From Rhizomicrobium sp. (lineage in GTDB: Bacteria > Pseudomonadota > Alphaproteobacteria > Micropepsales > Micropepsaceae), in NCBI GenBank assembly GCA_036267995.1, contig DATAUZ010000033.1, positions 37,431 to 101,430 of the forward strand: a stretch of DNA of 64,000 bases, in the 5' to 3' direction. Each line of letters starts with the position of its first letter. The first letter of the stretch is position 1. The translations under genes and the position numbers were made by a program. Of this stretch, positions 38,608 through 49,565 are shown one piece after another. A model generated the notes under the pieces. That model was not told the DNA's origin. It did not search any database and saw only the letters and a list, made by a program, of their open reading frames with translations.

Positions 38608-39389
38608 AAACACCACGTCTCACGGCCATCGCATCGGGCAAGGGGGGCACCGGCAAAACCTTTCTCGCGATCAATCTGGCCCATGCGTTGGCGCGAGAGG
38701 GGGAACGAGTTCTGCTCTGCGATGCCGACCTGGGTCTTTCCAACACCGGCGTGCATCTGGGCCTTTCCGAAGCAGGCGATCTGCCGGCGCTCCTTTCCGG
38801 CAAAAGGGCGCTTTCGCATTGCGTCACGCGCATCACGACGGGTCGCAGAGGTTTGTTCGATCTTCTCGCCGCGCCAGCAGGGTCCGGCTCGCTCGCCGAT
38901 GCGGACGAACCCACCTTGCGCTTTCTCGCATCCGAGCTTCGCTTCGCATCCGGTTACGACCGCGTGCTGCTCGATCTCGGTGCTGGCGTGGACACTATCG
39001 TGCAAAGCTTGGCGCTCGCGGCGGATGAGCTTGTGCTGCTGCTGACCCCCGATCCCGCGTCGCTGACCGATGCTTATGCGCTGGCCAAACTGGTCGCGCG
39101 CCGCGGCGCGCGCACGCCGTCGCTTGTCGTGAACATGACATCCAGCGATAGCGAGGGCCGCCGCACCGCCGATGCGCTTATCGCCGCCGCCCGCAATTTC
39201 CTGAAAATCTCGCCCGAATATCTCGGCTGCATTCCGCGCGACCCGCAGGTCTGCGAAGCCGTCCGCCACCAGGCCGCGCTGATCGCCGCGCAATCCTGCG
39301 CCCCCGCCGCGCGCGCTATTTCTCTGCTTGGCGAAAAACTGCATTCCCGGCTGCAACCGATTGCCAAGCTGGCGGCAAGTATTCGTTAA
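38604..39389 (+). CDS. flhG: MinD/ParA-family ATPase FlhG-like
   Basis: Deviant Walker A SGKGGTGKT; DADLGLSN; ATGA overlap with flhF. Confidence 0.75.
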   Translation: MKTPRLTAIASGKGGTGKTFLAINLAHALAREGERVLLCDADLGLSNTGVHLGLSEAGDLPALLSGKRALSHCVTRITTGRRGLFDLLAAPAGSGSLADADEPTLRFLASELRFASGYDRVLLDLGAGVDTIVQSLALAADELVLLLTPDPASLTDAYALAKLVARRGARTPSLVVNMTSSDSEGRRTADALIAAARNFLKISPEYLGCIPRDPQVCEAVRHQAALIAAQSCAPAARAISLLGEKLHSRLQPIAKLAASIR

Positions 39390-39393
39390 CCAT
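39386..39393 (+). promoter_or_regulatory. CtrA 8-mer motif TTAACCAT overlapping the flhG stop codon
   Basis: Exact TTAACCAT, 176 nt upstream of the small-TM/lemA/DUF2207 operon. Confidence 0.35.
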
Positions 39394-39568
39394 ACGGTTA
39401 CCCCAGTCCCGCGGAAATCGCACGCTTCCGCGCGCTCAGGGAGCCTCGTGCCGCGCCGTAACTTGGTATATAAAGTGTTAACAGGGACCGGCGCCGGCCC
39501 CGCGCTTACGCCGAGTGCGGGATTAGAATGACGGTCCTCGTAACGCGTGTGCGCTTCAGGGGGATGTG

Positions 39569-39907
39569 ATGGATTGGCTCACGGACATCTGGAATTCGAT
39601 CTACGCCATTTTCGCGACGGCCGACTGGATCACACTCCTGATCATCGGGGTCGTTGTGCTCGGCGTCGGCTTCATGACGGAAAGCCTCGCCACCATCATC
39701 ACGTCCACATTCATCGCGCTGGTGGTTTATGCGGTGGCGCAATTTGTGCGGGCCATCGCCACGGGCGGCGCCAATGCCTCCGCGCTGGCGCAGGCCGACT
39801 GGCACACGTTCCTCGCTTGGCCGATGCAAGGCTTCATCGCCTATGCCATCGCCTTTGCGGTTCTGATCGCCATTGTCAGCCTCCTGCGCACGCTGGTTCT
39901 GCGCTAA
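39569..39907 (+). CDS. small 3-TM membrane protein, unknown function
   Basis: GGGGGA RBS before ATG 39569; hydrophobic segments throughout. Confidence 0.55.
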   Translation: MDWLTDIWNSIYAIFATADWITLLIIGVVVLGVGFMTESLATIITSTFIALVVYAVAQFVRAIATGGANASALAQADWHTFLAWPMQGFIAYAIAFAVLIAIVSLLRTLVLR

Positions 39908-40015
39908 GTCCAAAAGCGCAAACGGAAATCGCGCACGCGCGGCGGGTCGCCGGGAGCCCAGCCAATGTCGCTGCGGGCGTAGACTGGCGGTTGCAGACCG
40001 GTTAGTTTCACGCCC

Positions 40016-40572
40016 ATGAGCGCACTCTGGATCGTCGTCGGCATCGTAGTCCTTATCGGACTGTGGGCCATGTTCACCTTCAACGGGCTTGTCCGCCGCA
40101 AAAACGTGACAGCAGAAGCCTGGAGCGGCATCGACGCGCAGCTTAAACGCCGCGCCGATCTCATCCCCAACCTCGTGGAGTCCGTGAAGGGCTACGCCAC
40201 GCACGAACAAACCACGTTCGACGACTTGGCGAAGCTGCGTAGCCAAAGCGCGGCCCAGACCGATCCCACGCAGCGCGCGCAGACCGAAACCGCCATCACC
40301 GCCGCCATCGGCAAGATCATGGCGGTAGCGGAAGCCTATCCGCAGCTGCGCGCCACCGAGAATTTCCAGATGCTGCAGAAGGATCTGGCGGATATCGAAG
40401 ACCAGATTCAGCTGGCGCGGCGCTACTACAACGGCGCGGTGCGCGATTTCAACACGATGATCCAGAGCTTTCCGTCGAACTTCATCGCCGGCATGGGCGG
40501 CTTCGCCGCGGCGCCGTTCTTCCAGATCGACAACGAAGCGGATCGCGCCGTTCCGAAGGTTTCGTTTTCCTG

Positions 40573-40573
<1 letters not shown>
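40016..40573 (+). CDS. lemA: LemA-family protein
   Basis: N-terminal TM plus conserved AYPQLRATENFQMLQKDLADIEDQIQLARRYYNGAVRDFN block. Confidence 0.9.
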
Positions 40574-42507
<1,934 letters not shown>

Positions 42508-42522
42508 CGCCGCGCATCGCGC

Positions 42523-43707
42523 ATGACAATTCAAACGCTTCTCTCCGACAGGCCGACACTCGCCGTTCTGACCGGCCTCGCCGTTATCATCCTCTATTTC
42601 GCGTTCGCGTGGTGGCGCGTTGGGCGCAACCCGAATTCCGGCCCCGTCATCGCGCTGTTCGCGCCGCCGCCCGGCATGTCGGCCGCAGGCATGCGCTATG
42701 TGGAACAGAACGGCTGCGACGACACCGCCTTCACCGCAACGTTGGTCGCGCTGGCGGTCAAAGGTATCCTCACCATCAGGGAAGACGATTACGGCGATCT
42801 CAAAATCTACACCGTCACGCGCACCGCCGCCGATTATACCGCCGCCGGCCTTACCGCCGATGAAGATGCGACCGCGCGCGCGCTGTTCGCCAAGAAAAAC
42901 GAGATCGAGCTTTCCGCGCAAGACTATCGTTTCGTGCACGGCGCGCAGGCCACACTGAAAAACGCGCTCACCGCGCAATATGGCAAAGGCTTTCTGATAA
43001 AGAACTGGGCCTGGTTCCGGCCGCTTCTGGCGATTGCCGCGCTCAGCTTGATCGCGATGATTGCACTCTCGCACGATCCGCTTACTGCTGTACCCACATT
43101 TGTGTGGTCCTGCATGACGCTTGGCACCGCAGTATTGCTGGGCGGGATCGACCTCTTTCTCTGGAAGAATATCGCGTCTTCCGGTCAGAGACTGTTTTCG
43201 CTATTCGGCGGCCTTGTCATGCTTGCGCCGACCGTTTGCATGGTCAGCGTCACCTATATTGTCCTCTATCAGGGCTTCGATGATGTGCCGCGCAACGCCA
43301 TCATGTTGTTCTTCGTGCTGATGGCGCTGGTGGCAGTCTTTCACCATCTGCTGCTGACCTTCACGCCAACCGGCGCCAAAACGATGGCGCAGATCGACGG
43401 CTTCAAACTCTTCCTCAACGCCACCGAAGCGGACCGCCTGAAAACCCTGAACGCGCCCACCATAACGCGCGCGATGTATGAGCGTTTCCTGCCTTTCGCG
43501 ATGGCGCTGGATTGCGAAACGCCCTGGACTGCGAACTTTCAGGCGCAAGCAGCAAGCGTGCAGCCCTTGAATGTGGGTGGCTATCAGCCGGATTGGATGG
43601 CGGGCAAAGCCTTTAGCGATCTTGGCCCCGCCCTGTTCAAATCGTCGCTCGGCACATCGCTCGCCAACGCACAAACCATCAGCACACATTCCAATTCGGA
43701 CGATTAG
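42523..43707 (+). CDS. DUF2207-family paralogue 2, membrane/C-terminal module only
   Basis: Starts at the segment equivalent to TM1 of paralogue 1 (AFAWWRVGRNPNSGPVIALFAPPPGMSAAGMRYV vs MIAWVRFGRDPQHGTIIPLFSPPKDFSPSAVRYV). Retains DRLKTLNAPTITRAMYERFLPFAMALDCETPW. Has no ectodomain and no poly-Gly tail. Confidence 0.75.
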   Translation: MTIQTLLSDRPTLAVLTGLAVIILYFAFAWWRVGRNPNSGPVIALFAPPPGMSAAGMRYVEQNGCDDTAFTATLVALAVKGILTIREDDYGDLKIYTVTRTAADYTAAGLTADEDATARALFAKKNEIELSAQDYRFVHGAQATLKNALTAQYGKGFLIKNWAWFRPLLAIAALSLIAMIALSHDPLTAVPTFVWSCMTLGTAVLLGGIDLFLWKNIASSGQRLFSLFGGLVMLAPTVCMVSVTYIVLYQGFDDVPRNAIMLFFVLMALVAVFHHLLLTFTPTGAKTMAQIDGFKLFLNATEADRLKTLNAPTITRAMYERFLPFAMALDCETPWTANFQAQAASVQPLNVGGYQPDWMAGKAFSDLGPALFKSSLGTSLANAQTISTHSNSDD

Positions 43708-43720
43708 CGGGGGAAAGCCC

Positions 43721-45661
43721 ATGCGCATGTTTCGGATACTGGCGGCGGCAATATGTTTGGCTTTTACAGCGCTTGCGTCGGCGCACGCGGCGCCGGCCGA
43801 CGATGTCGAACACATCACCGATTACCGCAGCGATATCACCGTACAGCGCGATGGCGTGCTGGCGGTGCGCGAGACCATCACGGTCAATGCGCTGGGCGAT
43901 GAAATCTCCCACGGCATCTTTCGCGACTTCCCCACGCTTGGGCAGAACGGCGTGCACGCGAGTTTCAACGTCAGCGCCGTCACGCGCGACGGAAAGCCCG
44001 AGCCGTTTGAAATCGACCGCCTCGATGGCGGCAAGCGGGTGAAGATCGGCGACGCCGATACCGAACTGTCCCACGGCACGCACACCTATACGATCGCCTA
44101 CACGACAGACCGGCAGATCCATTTCTTCCCCACCTACGATGAGTTCTATTGGAACGTCACCGGCAACGGTTGGGATTTCCATATCGAGCGAGCGGAGGCG
44201 ACCGTTCACTTGCCACCGGGCGCGCGCATTCTGCAATCGGCCTTCTATACCGGCACATTGGGCGAGACACTGAAGGAAGCGGCGTCCGAACAGCTAACCC
44301 CCAACACCATCCGCTTCGTCACCACCGACCGGCTTTCCTATCATTCCGGCCTCACCATTGCGCTCGGCTTCACAAAAGGCGCGGTGCCGCCGCCAACGCA
44401 AAGTCAGCTCACCGCCTATTTTTTGCGCGATCATCTTTCCATCTTCGTGATGCTCGCGGGCGTTATCTTGATGGCGCTTTATTATCTGATCGCGTGGCTT
44501 CGGGTCGGCATCGATCCCAGCGACGGCACCGTGGTGCCGCTGTTCGAGGCGCCCAACGGCATGTCGGCGGCGGAAGTGCGGTTCCTGCGCAAGCATCTCA
44601 ACTACGACAACAAGATGTTTGCTGCCGCTCTGGTTTCGCTGGCCGTGAAAGGCGCGCTGAAAATCACACAGGAAAAAGACGAAACCTACACGCTGACCCG
44701 TACCAGTGAAGGCGAGGATCTTTCGCCGGATGAAAGCGCCGTCGAAAGAACCATCTTCGTCGAAAGCCACACCGTCACGCTGACGCAGGCCGATCATTTC
44801 AGCATCTCGCTGGCCGTCGGCGCCCAAACGAAAAAGTTGTCGGATGCTTATGGCGACGGATACGAGATCGGCAATTGGTCGTGGTTCTGGCCGGGGCTCG
44901 TCATCCTGCTGCTGGCAGCGATTGCCATGATCTTCTGTTCGGCTTCGCCGGGCGACATGGCGCTGACGATATTGTGGACAAGCCTTTGCGGCGGCGCCAC
45001 AGCAGGCTTCGCCTATATGGATTTTTCCATGTGGCGTAATGCTTACACCACGCGCAGCGGACGCATCGGAAATCTTTTCGCCGCGTTCTTCATGCTGTTC
45101 CCTGCCTTCCTCTTCGGCGCGATGACATCGGGCGCTCTGCTTGAGACCTACGATACCGCTTCACCCATCGCCGTCGGCGTGTTGCTGGCGGGCGTGGCGC
45201 TCGCAGCCCTGTTCCACCGCCTGTTGCGCAAGCCCACGCCACGTGCCGCAAAGCTGCTCGCGGCCATCGAAGGCTTGCGCCTGTTCCTCACCACCGCCGA
45301 ACAGGATCGGCTGGAAAAACTTAACCCGCCGCAGATCACGCCCGAAGTGTTTGAAAAATTCCTGCCCTATGCCATCGCGCTGGATTGCGAGAACCAGTGG
45401 AGCAAGCGCTTCGAGGCAGAGGCCGCGCGCGCGGGTGCGTCCGTGGATGTGCAAAACTATCGACCAATCTGGTTCCACGGCGACTTCGGCCAGCTTGGCA
45501 CCGCGGCCCTTGCCGCCTCCATCGGATCGACGTTGACCACGGCGGCAACCGCCGCATCCTTCACCGCATCCTCCGGCGGATCGGGCGGCTTCAGCTCCGG
45601 CTCGTTCGGCGGCGGATTTTCCGGCGGCGGCGGCGGTGGCGGTGGTGGCGGCGGCTGGTAG
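43721..45661 (+). CDS. DUF2207-family membrane protein, paralogue 3
   Basis: Signal peptide MRMFRILAAAICLAFTALASAHA; same conserved blocks as paralogue 1; Gly11-Trp C-terminus. The track ORF's upstream extension (43571) overlaps paralogue 2 and is rejected. Confidence 0.85.
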   Translation: MRMFRILAAAICLAFTALASAHAAPADDVEHITDYRSDITVQRDGVLAVRETITVNALGDEISHGIFRDFPTLGQNGVHASFNVSAVTRDGKPEPFEIDRLDGGKRVKIGDADTELSHGTHTYTIAYTTDRQIHFFPTYDEFYWNVTGNGWDFHIERAEATVHLPPGARILQSAFYTGTLGETLKEAASEQLTPNTIRFVTTDRLSYHSGLTIALGFTKGAVPPPTQSQLTAYFLRDHLSIFVMLAGVILMALYYLIAWLRVGIDPSDGTVVPLFEAPNGMSAAEVRFLRKHLNYDNKMFAAALVSLAVKGALKITQEKDETYTLTRTSEGEDLSPDESAVERTIFVESHTVTLTQADHFSISLAVGAQTKKLSDAYGDGYEIGNWSWFWPGLVILLLAAIAMIFCSASPGDMALTILWTSLCGGATAGFAYMDFSMWRNAYTTRSGRIGNLFAAFFMLFPAFLFGAMTSGALLETYDTASPIAVGVLLAGVALAALFHRLLRKPTPRAAKLLAAIEGLRLFLTTAEQDRLEKLNPPQITPEVFEKFLPYAIALDCENQWSKRFEAEAARAGASVDVQNYRPIWFHGDFGQLGTAALAASIGSTLTTAATAASFTASSGGSGGFSSGSFGGGFSGGGGGGGGGGGW

Positions 45662-46075
45662 TCAGCCCTTCTTGCCGGTGTTGTCGAGCGCGAAGCGCCC
45701 GGGTCCCATGCCGACCAGCAAAAGCAGCCCGCCGGCAATCGCAATGTTGCGCGCATACAGCGCATAGAACAGCCCACGCCGCGCCGGATCGGAGACGTTC
45801 CAGTAATTGTCAGCGAGCACCGTCATAATGATCGTGAAGGCAAACAGCAGCATGGCGCCCTGCCGCGTGTGAAAGCCCAAAATCAGCGCCAGCCCGCCCA
45901 GAAGAACGATGAAAAGGATCAATGCCAGCAGCAGTACGGCGGCCGGATAACCGGCTTTCGTCAGAGCGGCGACATTGCCATGCCAGTCCTGCACGCAAAA
46001 CCACGCCTCGCTGAGGAAAAACCAGGCCAGCACCCAGCGGCCAACCAACGGCGAAATCTGTTCGGAAATAGACAA
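45662..46075 (-). CDS. DoxX-family membrane protein
   Basis: Four hydrophobic helices with a DoxX-like pattern (LLLALILFIVLLGGLALILGFHTRQGAMLL); its stop abuts the stop of paralogue 3. Confidence 0.75.
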   Translation of the reverse strand: MSISEQISPLVGRWVLAWFFLSEAWFCVQDWHGNVAALTKAGYPAAVLLLALILFIVLLGGLALILGFHTRQGAMLLFAFTIIMTVLADNYWNVSDPARRGLFYALYARNIAIAGGLLLLVGMGPGRFALDNTGKKG

Positions 46076-46128
46076 GACGCGCCCCCGCGCGAAGCAACCG
46101 CTTCAGCTTAGCACAAGTCGAGTGAGTC

Positions 46129-46557
46129 TCAGGCCTGCCGCAGCGCGTGTTTGCGCAGGTGGCGCACGATGGCCATTTCGTCCAGACGCGATTGGGCGCG
46201 GCGGGCTTCGGTTTCGGCCACGCGCTTGGCTTCATGCTCGGTCGCCAGTTCCAGGCTTTTCAGGTCCTGATAGGCGGTGGTGAGATCGAGTTGCACGCTT
46301 TCGCGCTCGCGTTCGATTTCCTTCAGCGTGGCGCGAAGATTTTCGCGGCGCACATCGATGGAACGCAGGAACGACGGAAAGGCCAAACGGCCGATATCGG
46401 AATCGTTGGCGCGCTGGCGTTCGCGCGCCACGCTCTCTTCAAGGTCGGAAAGCTTGCGCTCGCAATCGGCTTTCATGCCGTCGAGCGTTCCCATGCGCCG
46501 CTTCAGGTCGTCCACCCGAAAGCGCTTCAAGCGCAAAAGCGTGTCGCGCCGTTTCAT
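46129..46557 (-). CDS. fliJ: flagellar export chaperone FliJ-like
   Basis: 142-aa charged coiled-coil protein immediately downstream of fliI, overlapping it by 4 nt. Confidence 0.7.
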   Translation of the reverse strand: MKRRDTLLRLKRFRVDDLKRRMGTLDGMKADCERKLSDLEESVARERQRANDSDIGRLAFPSFLRSIDVRRENLRATLKEIERERESVQLDLTTAYQDLKSLELATEHEAKRVAETEARRAQSRLDEMAIVRHLRKHALRQA

Positions 46558-47891
46558 ACCGGCCTACCCTTCCCCTTGCCGCCCAGAATTTCGTCCAGTG
46601 CGGTATAGCCATCGCCCAAATTCGCCCGTTCGTTCTTCTTCTGCGCGAGGAACGCTTCGAGCTGCGGATGCAATTTCACGGCGGCATCGACCTCTGCGCT
46701 CGTGCCGGCCTTGTAAGCGCCAAGGCGGATAAGCTCCGCCATATCTTCATAGACCGCAAGCGGCGCGCGCGCGCCGGCCACCACAGCCTGTTCGCTTTCG
46801 CTGTTGCACGAAGGCATGACGCGCGAAACCGATTTGAGAATGTTGATGGCGGGAAAGCGCCCACGCTCGGCGATGGCGCGGTCCAGCACGATATGGCCGT
46901 CCAGAATGCCGCGCACCGCATCGGCCACCGGCTCGTTCATGTCGTCGCCTTCCACCAGCACGGTGAAGAGCCCGGTGATCGAACCGTAAGCGCCTTGTTG
47001 TCCCGGCCCGGCACGCTCCAGAAGGCGCGGCAGTTCCGCGAACACGGTGGGCGTATAGCCTTTGCTGGCCGGCGGCTCTCCGGCGGAGAGGCCGATCTCG
47101 CGCTGTGCCATTGCGAAACGGGTCACGCTGTCCATAAGCAGCAGCACATGCAAGCCTTGGTCCCGAAGTTGTTCGGCCACGGTCATGGCCACATAAGCCG
47201 CCTGGCGGCGCACAAGTGCCGGCTCGTCCGACGTGGCGGCAACCACCACGCTGCGCTTCAGGCCTTCTTCGCCCAGATCGTCTTCAATGAATTCTTTCAG
47301 CTCGCGTCCGCGTTCGCCCACCAGCCCGATCACGATGGCATCGGCATCGGTGTAGCGCGCCAGCATGGCGAGCAATGTCGATTTGCCGACGCCGGAGCCT
47401 GAGAAGATGCCCATGCGCTGGCCTTTGCAGCAGGTCACGAACTGGTTCAGCGCGCGCACGCCCAGATCCAGCTTGCCGGAAACCCGCGCGCGGGTGTGTG
47501 CGGACGGTGGCGAAGCCTTGATGGGATAGCCAATCTGGCCTTGCGGCAGCGCGCCTTTGCCATCCGTGGGCCGGCCGAAAGCATCGACCACGCGGCCAAG
47601 CCAAGCCTCGCAGGGAAAGATCACCCCCGCCCGGTCATCGAAGTCGGCGCGGGCCCCAAGGCTCACGCCGGACAGTTCGCCCAGCGGCATTCCCAGCGCC
47701 CGGCCGTCGCGAAAGCCGACCACCTCACACGGAATTTGCTTGCCGCCAGAACCAGTTATGCTTAACTGGCCGCCCAGGCTGATCGCCCCTGCAGCGCCCG
47801 TCACTTCGACGAGCAGGCCTTCGATGCGCGCCACGCGCCCGAAGCGCCGCAGAGCCGGAACAGCCTCAATATCTTTGATCAGAGCGTGCAT
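46554..47891 (-). CDS. fliI: flagellum-specific ATPase FliI
   Basis: Walker A GSGVGKST; Walker B HVLLLMDSVTRFA; F1/T3SS-ATPase architecture. Confidence 0.95.
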   Translation of the reverse strand: MHALIKDIEAVPALRRFGRVARIEGLLVEVTGAAGAISLGGQLSITGSGGKQIPCEVVGFRDGRALGMPLGELSGVSLGARADFDDRAGVIFPCEAWLGRVVDAFGRPTDGKGALPQGQIGYPIKASPPSAHTRARVSGKLDLGVRALNQFVTCCKGQRMGIFSGSGVGKSTLLAMLARYTDADAIVIGLVGERGRELKEFIEDDLGEEGLKRSVVVAATSDEPALVRRQAAYVAMTVAEQLRDQGLHVLLLMDSVTRFAMAQREIGLSAGEPPASKGYTPTVFAELPRLLERAGPGQQGAYGSITGLFTVLVEGDDMNEPVADAVRGILDGHIVLDRAIAERGRFPAINILKSVSRVMPSCNSESEQAVVAGARAPLAVYEDMAELIRLGAYKAGTSAEVDAAVKLHPQLEAFLAQKKNERANLGDGYTALDEILGGKGKGRPV

Positions 47892-48062
47892 TCTGGCCCC
47901 TCGAATGGCCCAAAAATGCGGACCCTGGACGGCATATTGCCTGGAAGGATTTAAGTGGCGGTAAACTTAACAAAGCGAATCAAGGGGATGGGGAACCCCG
48001 GCCGGATGCCGTTAAGGCCTGTTCGTGCCCTATGAAGGGGCACCCGGGAAAGCAAGCGGATG

Positions 48063-48070
48063 TTAACCAT
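48063..48070 (+). promoter_or_regulatory. CtrA 8-mer motif TTAACCAT upstream of ctrA
   Basis: Exact TTAACCAT 66 nt upstream of the ctrA ATG; further TTAA half-sites at 48083 and 48096. Confidence 0.45.
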
Positions 48071-48135
48071 TTCCGCTTACCGTTAAGCCGCTTGATTAAC
48101 CACGTCCGTCACAGGACGCCAAAGGGGTCTGAGCT

Positions 48136-48828
48136 ATGCGCGTTCTGCTGATCGAAGACGACAGCGCTATGGCGCGCAGCATCGAGTTGATGCTGCGGTC
48201 TGAGGGTTTCAACGTTTACACCACCGATCTCGGCGAAGAAGGGATCGATCTGGGCAAGCTCTACGATTACGACATCATCGTTCTGGATCTTCAGCTTCCG
48301 GACATGAGCGGCTTTGAAGTTCTTAAGACGCTGCGTCTCGCCAAGGTACAGACGCCGGTCTTAATTCTTTCGGGCAACGCGATCGTCGAAGCAAAGGTTA
48401 AGGCGCTGGGTTTCGGCGCCGACGATTACATGACCAAGCCCTTCCACAAAGATGAACTGGTCGCGCGCATTTCCGCCGTCGTGCGCCGTTCCAAGGGCCA
48501 TTCGCAGTCGGTCATCACCACCGGCAAGCTCACCGTCAACCTCGACGCCAAAACCGTCGAAGTCGATGGCAGCCGCGTGCATTTGACCGGCAAGGAATAT
48601 CAGATGTTGGAGCTGCTTAGCTTGCGCAAGGGCACCACGCTGACGAAAGAAATGTTCCTGAACCACCTTTACGGCGGCATGGACGAACCGGAACTGAAAA
48701 TTATCGACGTCTTCATCTGCAAGCTGCGCAAGAAACTGGCGGCGGCAACAGCCGGCGACAACTACATCGAAACGGTGTGGGGCCGCGGTTATGTGCTGCG
48801 CGATCCGGTGGAAGAAGCCGCCGCATAA
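48136..48828 (+). CDS. ctrA: cell-cycle master response regulator CtrA
   Basis: OmpR-family protein; near-identical to my memory of CtrA over MRVLLIEDD...[14 protein letters not shown]...[12 protein letters not shown]...[15 protein letters not shown]. Confidence 0.95.
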   Translation: MRVLLIEDDSAMARSIELMLRSEGFNVYTTDLGEEGIDLGKLYDYDIIVLDLQLPDMSGFEVLKTLRLAKVQTPVLILSGNAIVEAKVKALGFGADDYMTKPFHKDELVARISAVVRRSKGHSQSVITTGKLTVNLDAKTVEVDGSRVHLTGKEYQMLELLSLRKGTTLTKEMFLNHLYGGMDEPELKIIDVFICKLRKKLAAATAGDNYIETVWGRGYVLRDPVEEAAA

Positions 48829-48857
48829 ATTTCTTTGGACGGAAACGCTTGCGAAAA

Positions 48858-48884
48858 GGGCGGCCCCGGCCGCCCTTTTTGTTT
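48858..48884 (+). terminator. Rho-independent terminator after ctrA (bidirectional-looking)
   Basis: GGGCGGCC-CC-GGCCGCCC stem followed by TTTTTGTTT. The complement strand also ends in a T-run, facing the antitoxin gene. Confidence 0.7.
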
Positions 48885-48902
48885 GCGCGCCGCAACCCCG
48901 CG

Positions 48903-49289
48903 TCAGGCTTTCTCCATCGTCTTATTGAGCGCCCGCTGTGTGCCCTTGGGATCGCCGGCAATCACCGCAAGATAGGCGCGCGCCGGTTGATCGGGCTCGC
49001 TTCGCCCCTGTTCCCAGTCGCGCAGCGTTCCGAGCGGTATCCGGTAACGGGACGAAAACTCTTCCTGCGTGAGATTCAAGCTGCGCCGCAATGTCTTGAC
49101 GCGCGCAACCTTTCGCATTTTCGATACGTCATGCGGCGGATTGCCGGGATCGCTTTGCGCTGCTTTCTCGATTTCATCGTCGGATATGGGCCGCGGCGGC
49201 CGCGCTTTGAGCCTTTCCTCGCGTCCATCCTTGTGAACCCGCACGAGCTTGCCGTCAGTTTTGCGAATTTTCGCGGTAATAAGCGTCAT
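48903..49289 (-). CDS. antitoxin-like protein (DUF4415-like N-part plus XRE-type HTH)
   Basis: DDEIEKAAQSDPGNPP segment and C-terminal HTH LNLTQEEFSSRYRIPLGTLRDWEQGRSEP; directly downstream of the BrnT gene and overlapping it. Confidence 0.7.
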   Translation of the reverse strand: MTLITAKIRKTDGKLVRVHKDGREERLKARPPRPISDDEIEKAAQSDPGNPPHDVSKMRKVARVKTLRRSLNLTQEEFSSRYRIPLGTLRDWEQGRSEPDQPARAYLAVIAGDPKGTQRALNKTMEKA

Positions 49290-49557
49290 GCTCTTTCCTT
49301 GTTGCCCGCCGGGCTGAGATCAACCGGATATTCTCGCCGCGCTCAGTATAAACAACCGCCAGCACCAGCAATTCAGCCTGCCCGATAATAACGAAACGGT
49401 CCTCGCCGCTATCGGGATCGAAGATTTCCATCGCGAGAGGATCATGAAACACCGCGACCGCCATTTCGAAAGCAATGCCGTGCTTTCGATAGTTGGCCTG
49501 AGCTTTCTCATCATCCCATTCGAAGGTCAGCATATACGGGTAACCCGTAGTTGGCAA
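49255..49557 (-). CDS. brnT: BrnT-family (DUF497) toxin
   Basis: FEWDDEKAQANYRKHGIAFEMAVAVFHDP...IRLISARRATRKE signature. Confidence 0.8.
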   Translation of the reverse strand: MPTTGYPYMLTFEWDDEKAQANYRKHGIAFEMAVAVFHDPLAMEIFDPDSGEDRFVIIGQAELLVLAVVYTERGENIRLISARRATRKEHDAYYRENSQN

Positions 49558-49565
49558 GTGGCGCG

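Noticed and set aside
43571-43720. 50-codon N-terminal extension of DUF2207 paralogue 3
   Set aside because: It overlaps the 3' end of paralogue 2 in another frame. A canonical signal peptide starts at ATG 43721, preceded by GGGGGAAAG.
47926-47940. Sigma-54-like TGGACG-GCATA-TTGC oriented toward ctrA
   Set aside because: Only the GG/TTGC core matches and the -24 flank is poor. It lies ~200 nt from ctrA, directly beside the fliI start. I know of no precedent for sigma-54 control of ctrA, so I treat it as a chance match unless a TSS maps there.
48083-48099. TTAA-N9-TTAA upstream of ctrA, and a similar TTAA-N9-TTAA upstream of motA (11622-11638), as full CtrA boxes
   Set aside because: The canonical CtrA site is TTAA-N7-TTAA. 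N9 spacing puts the half-sites on a different helical phase. I kept these only as half-site observations.
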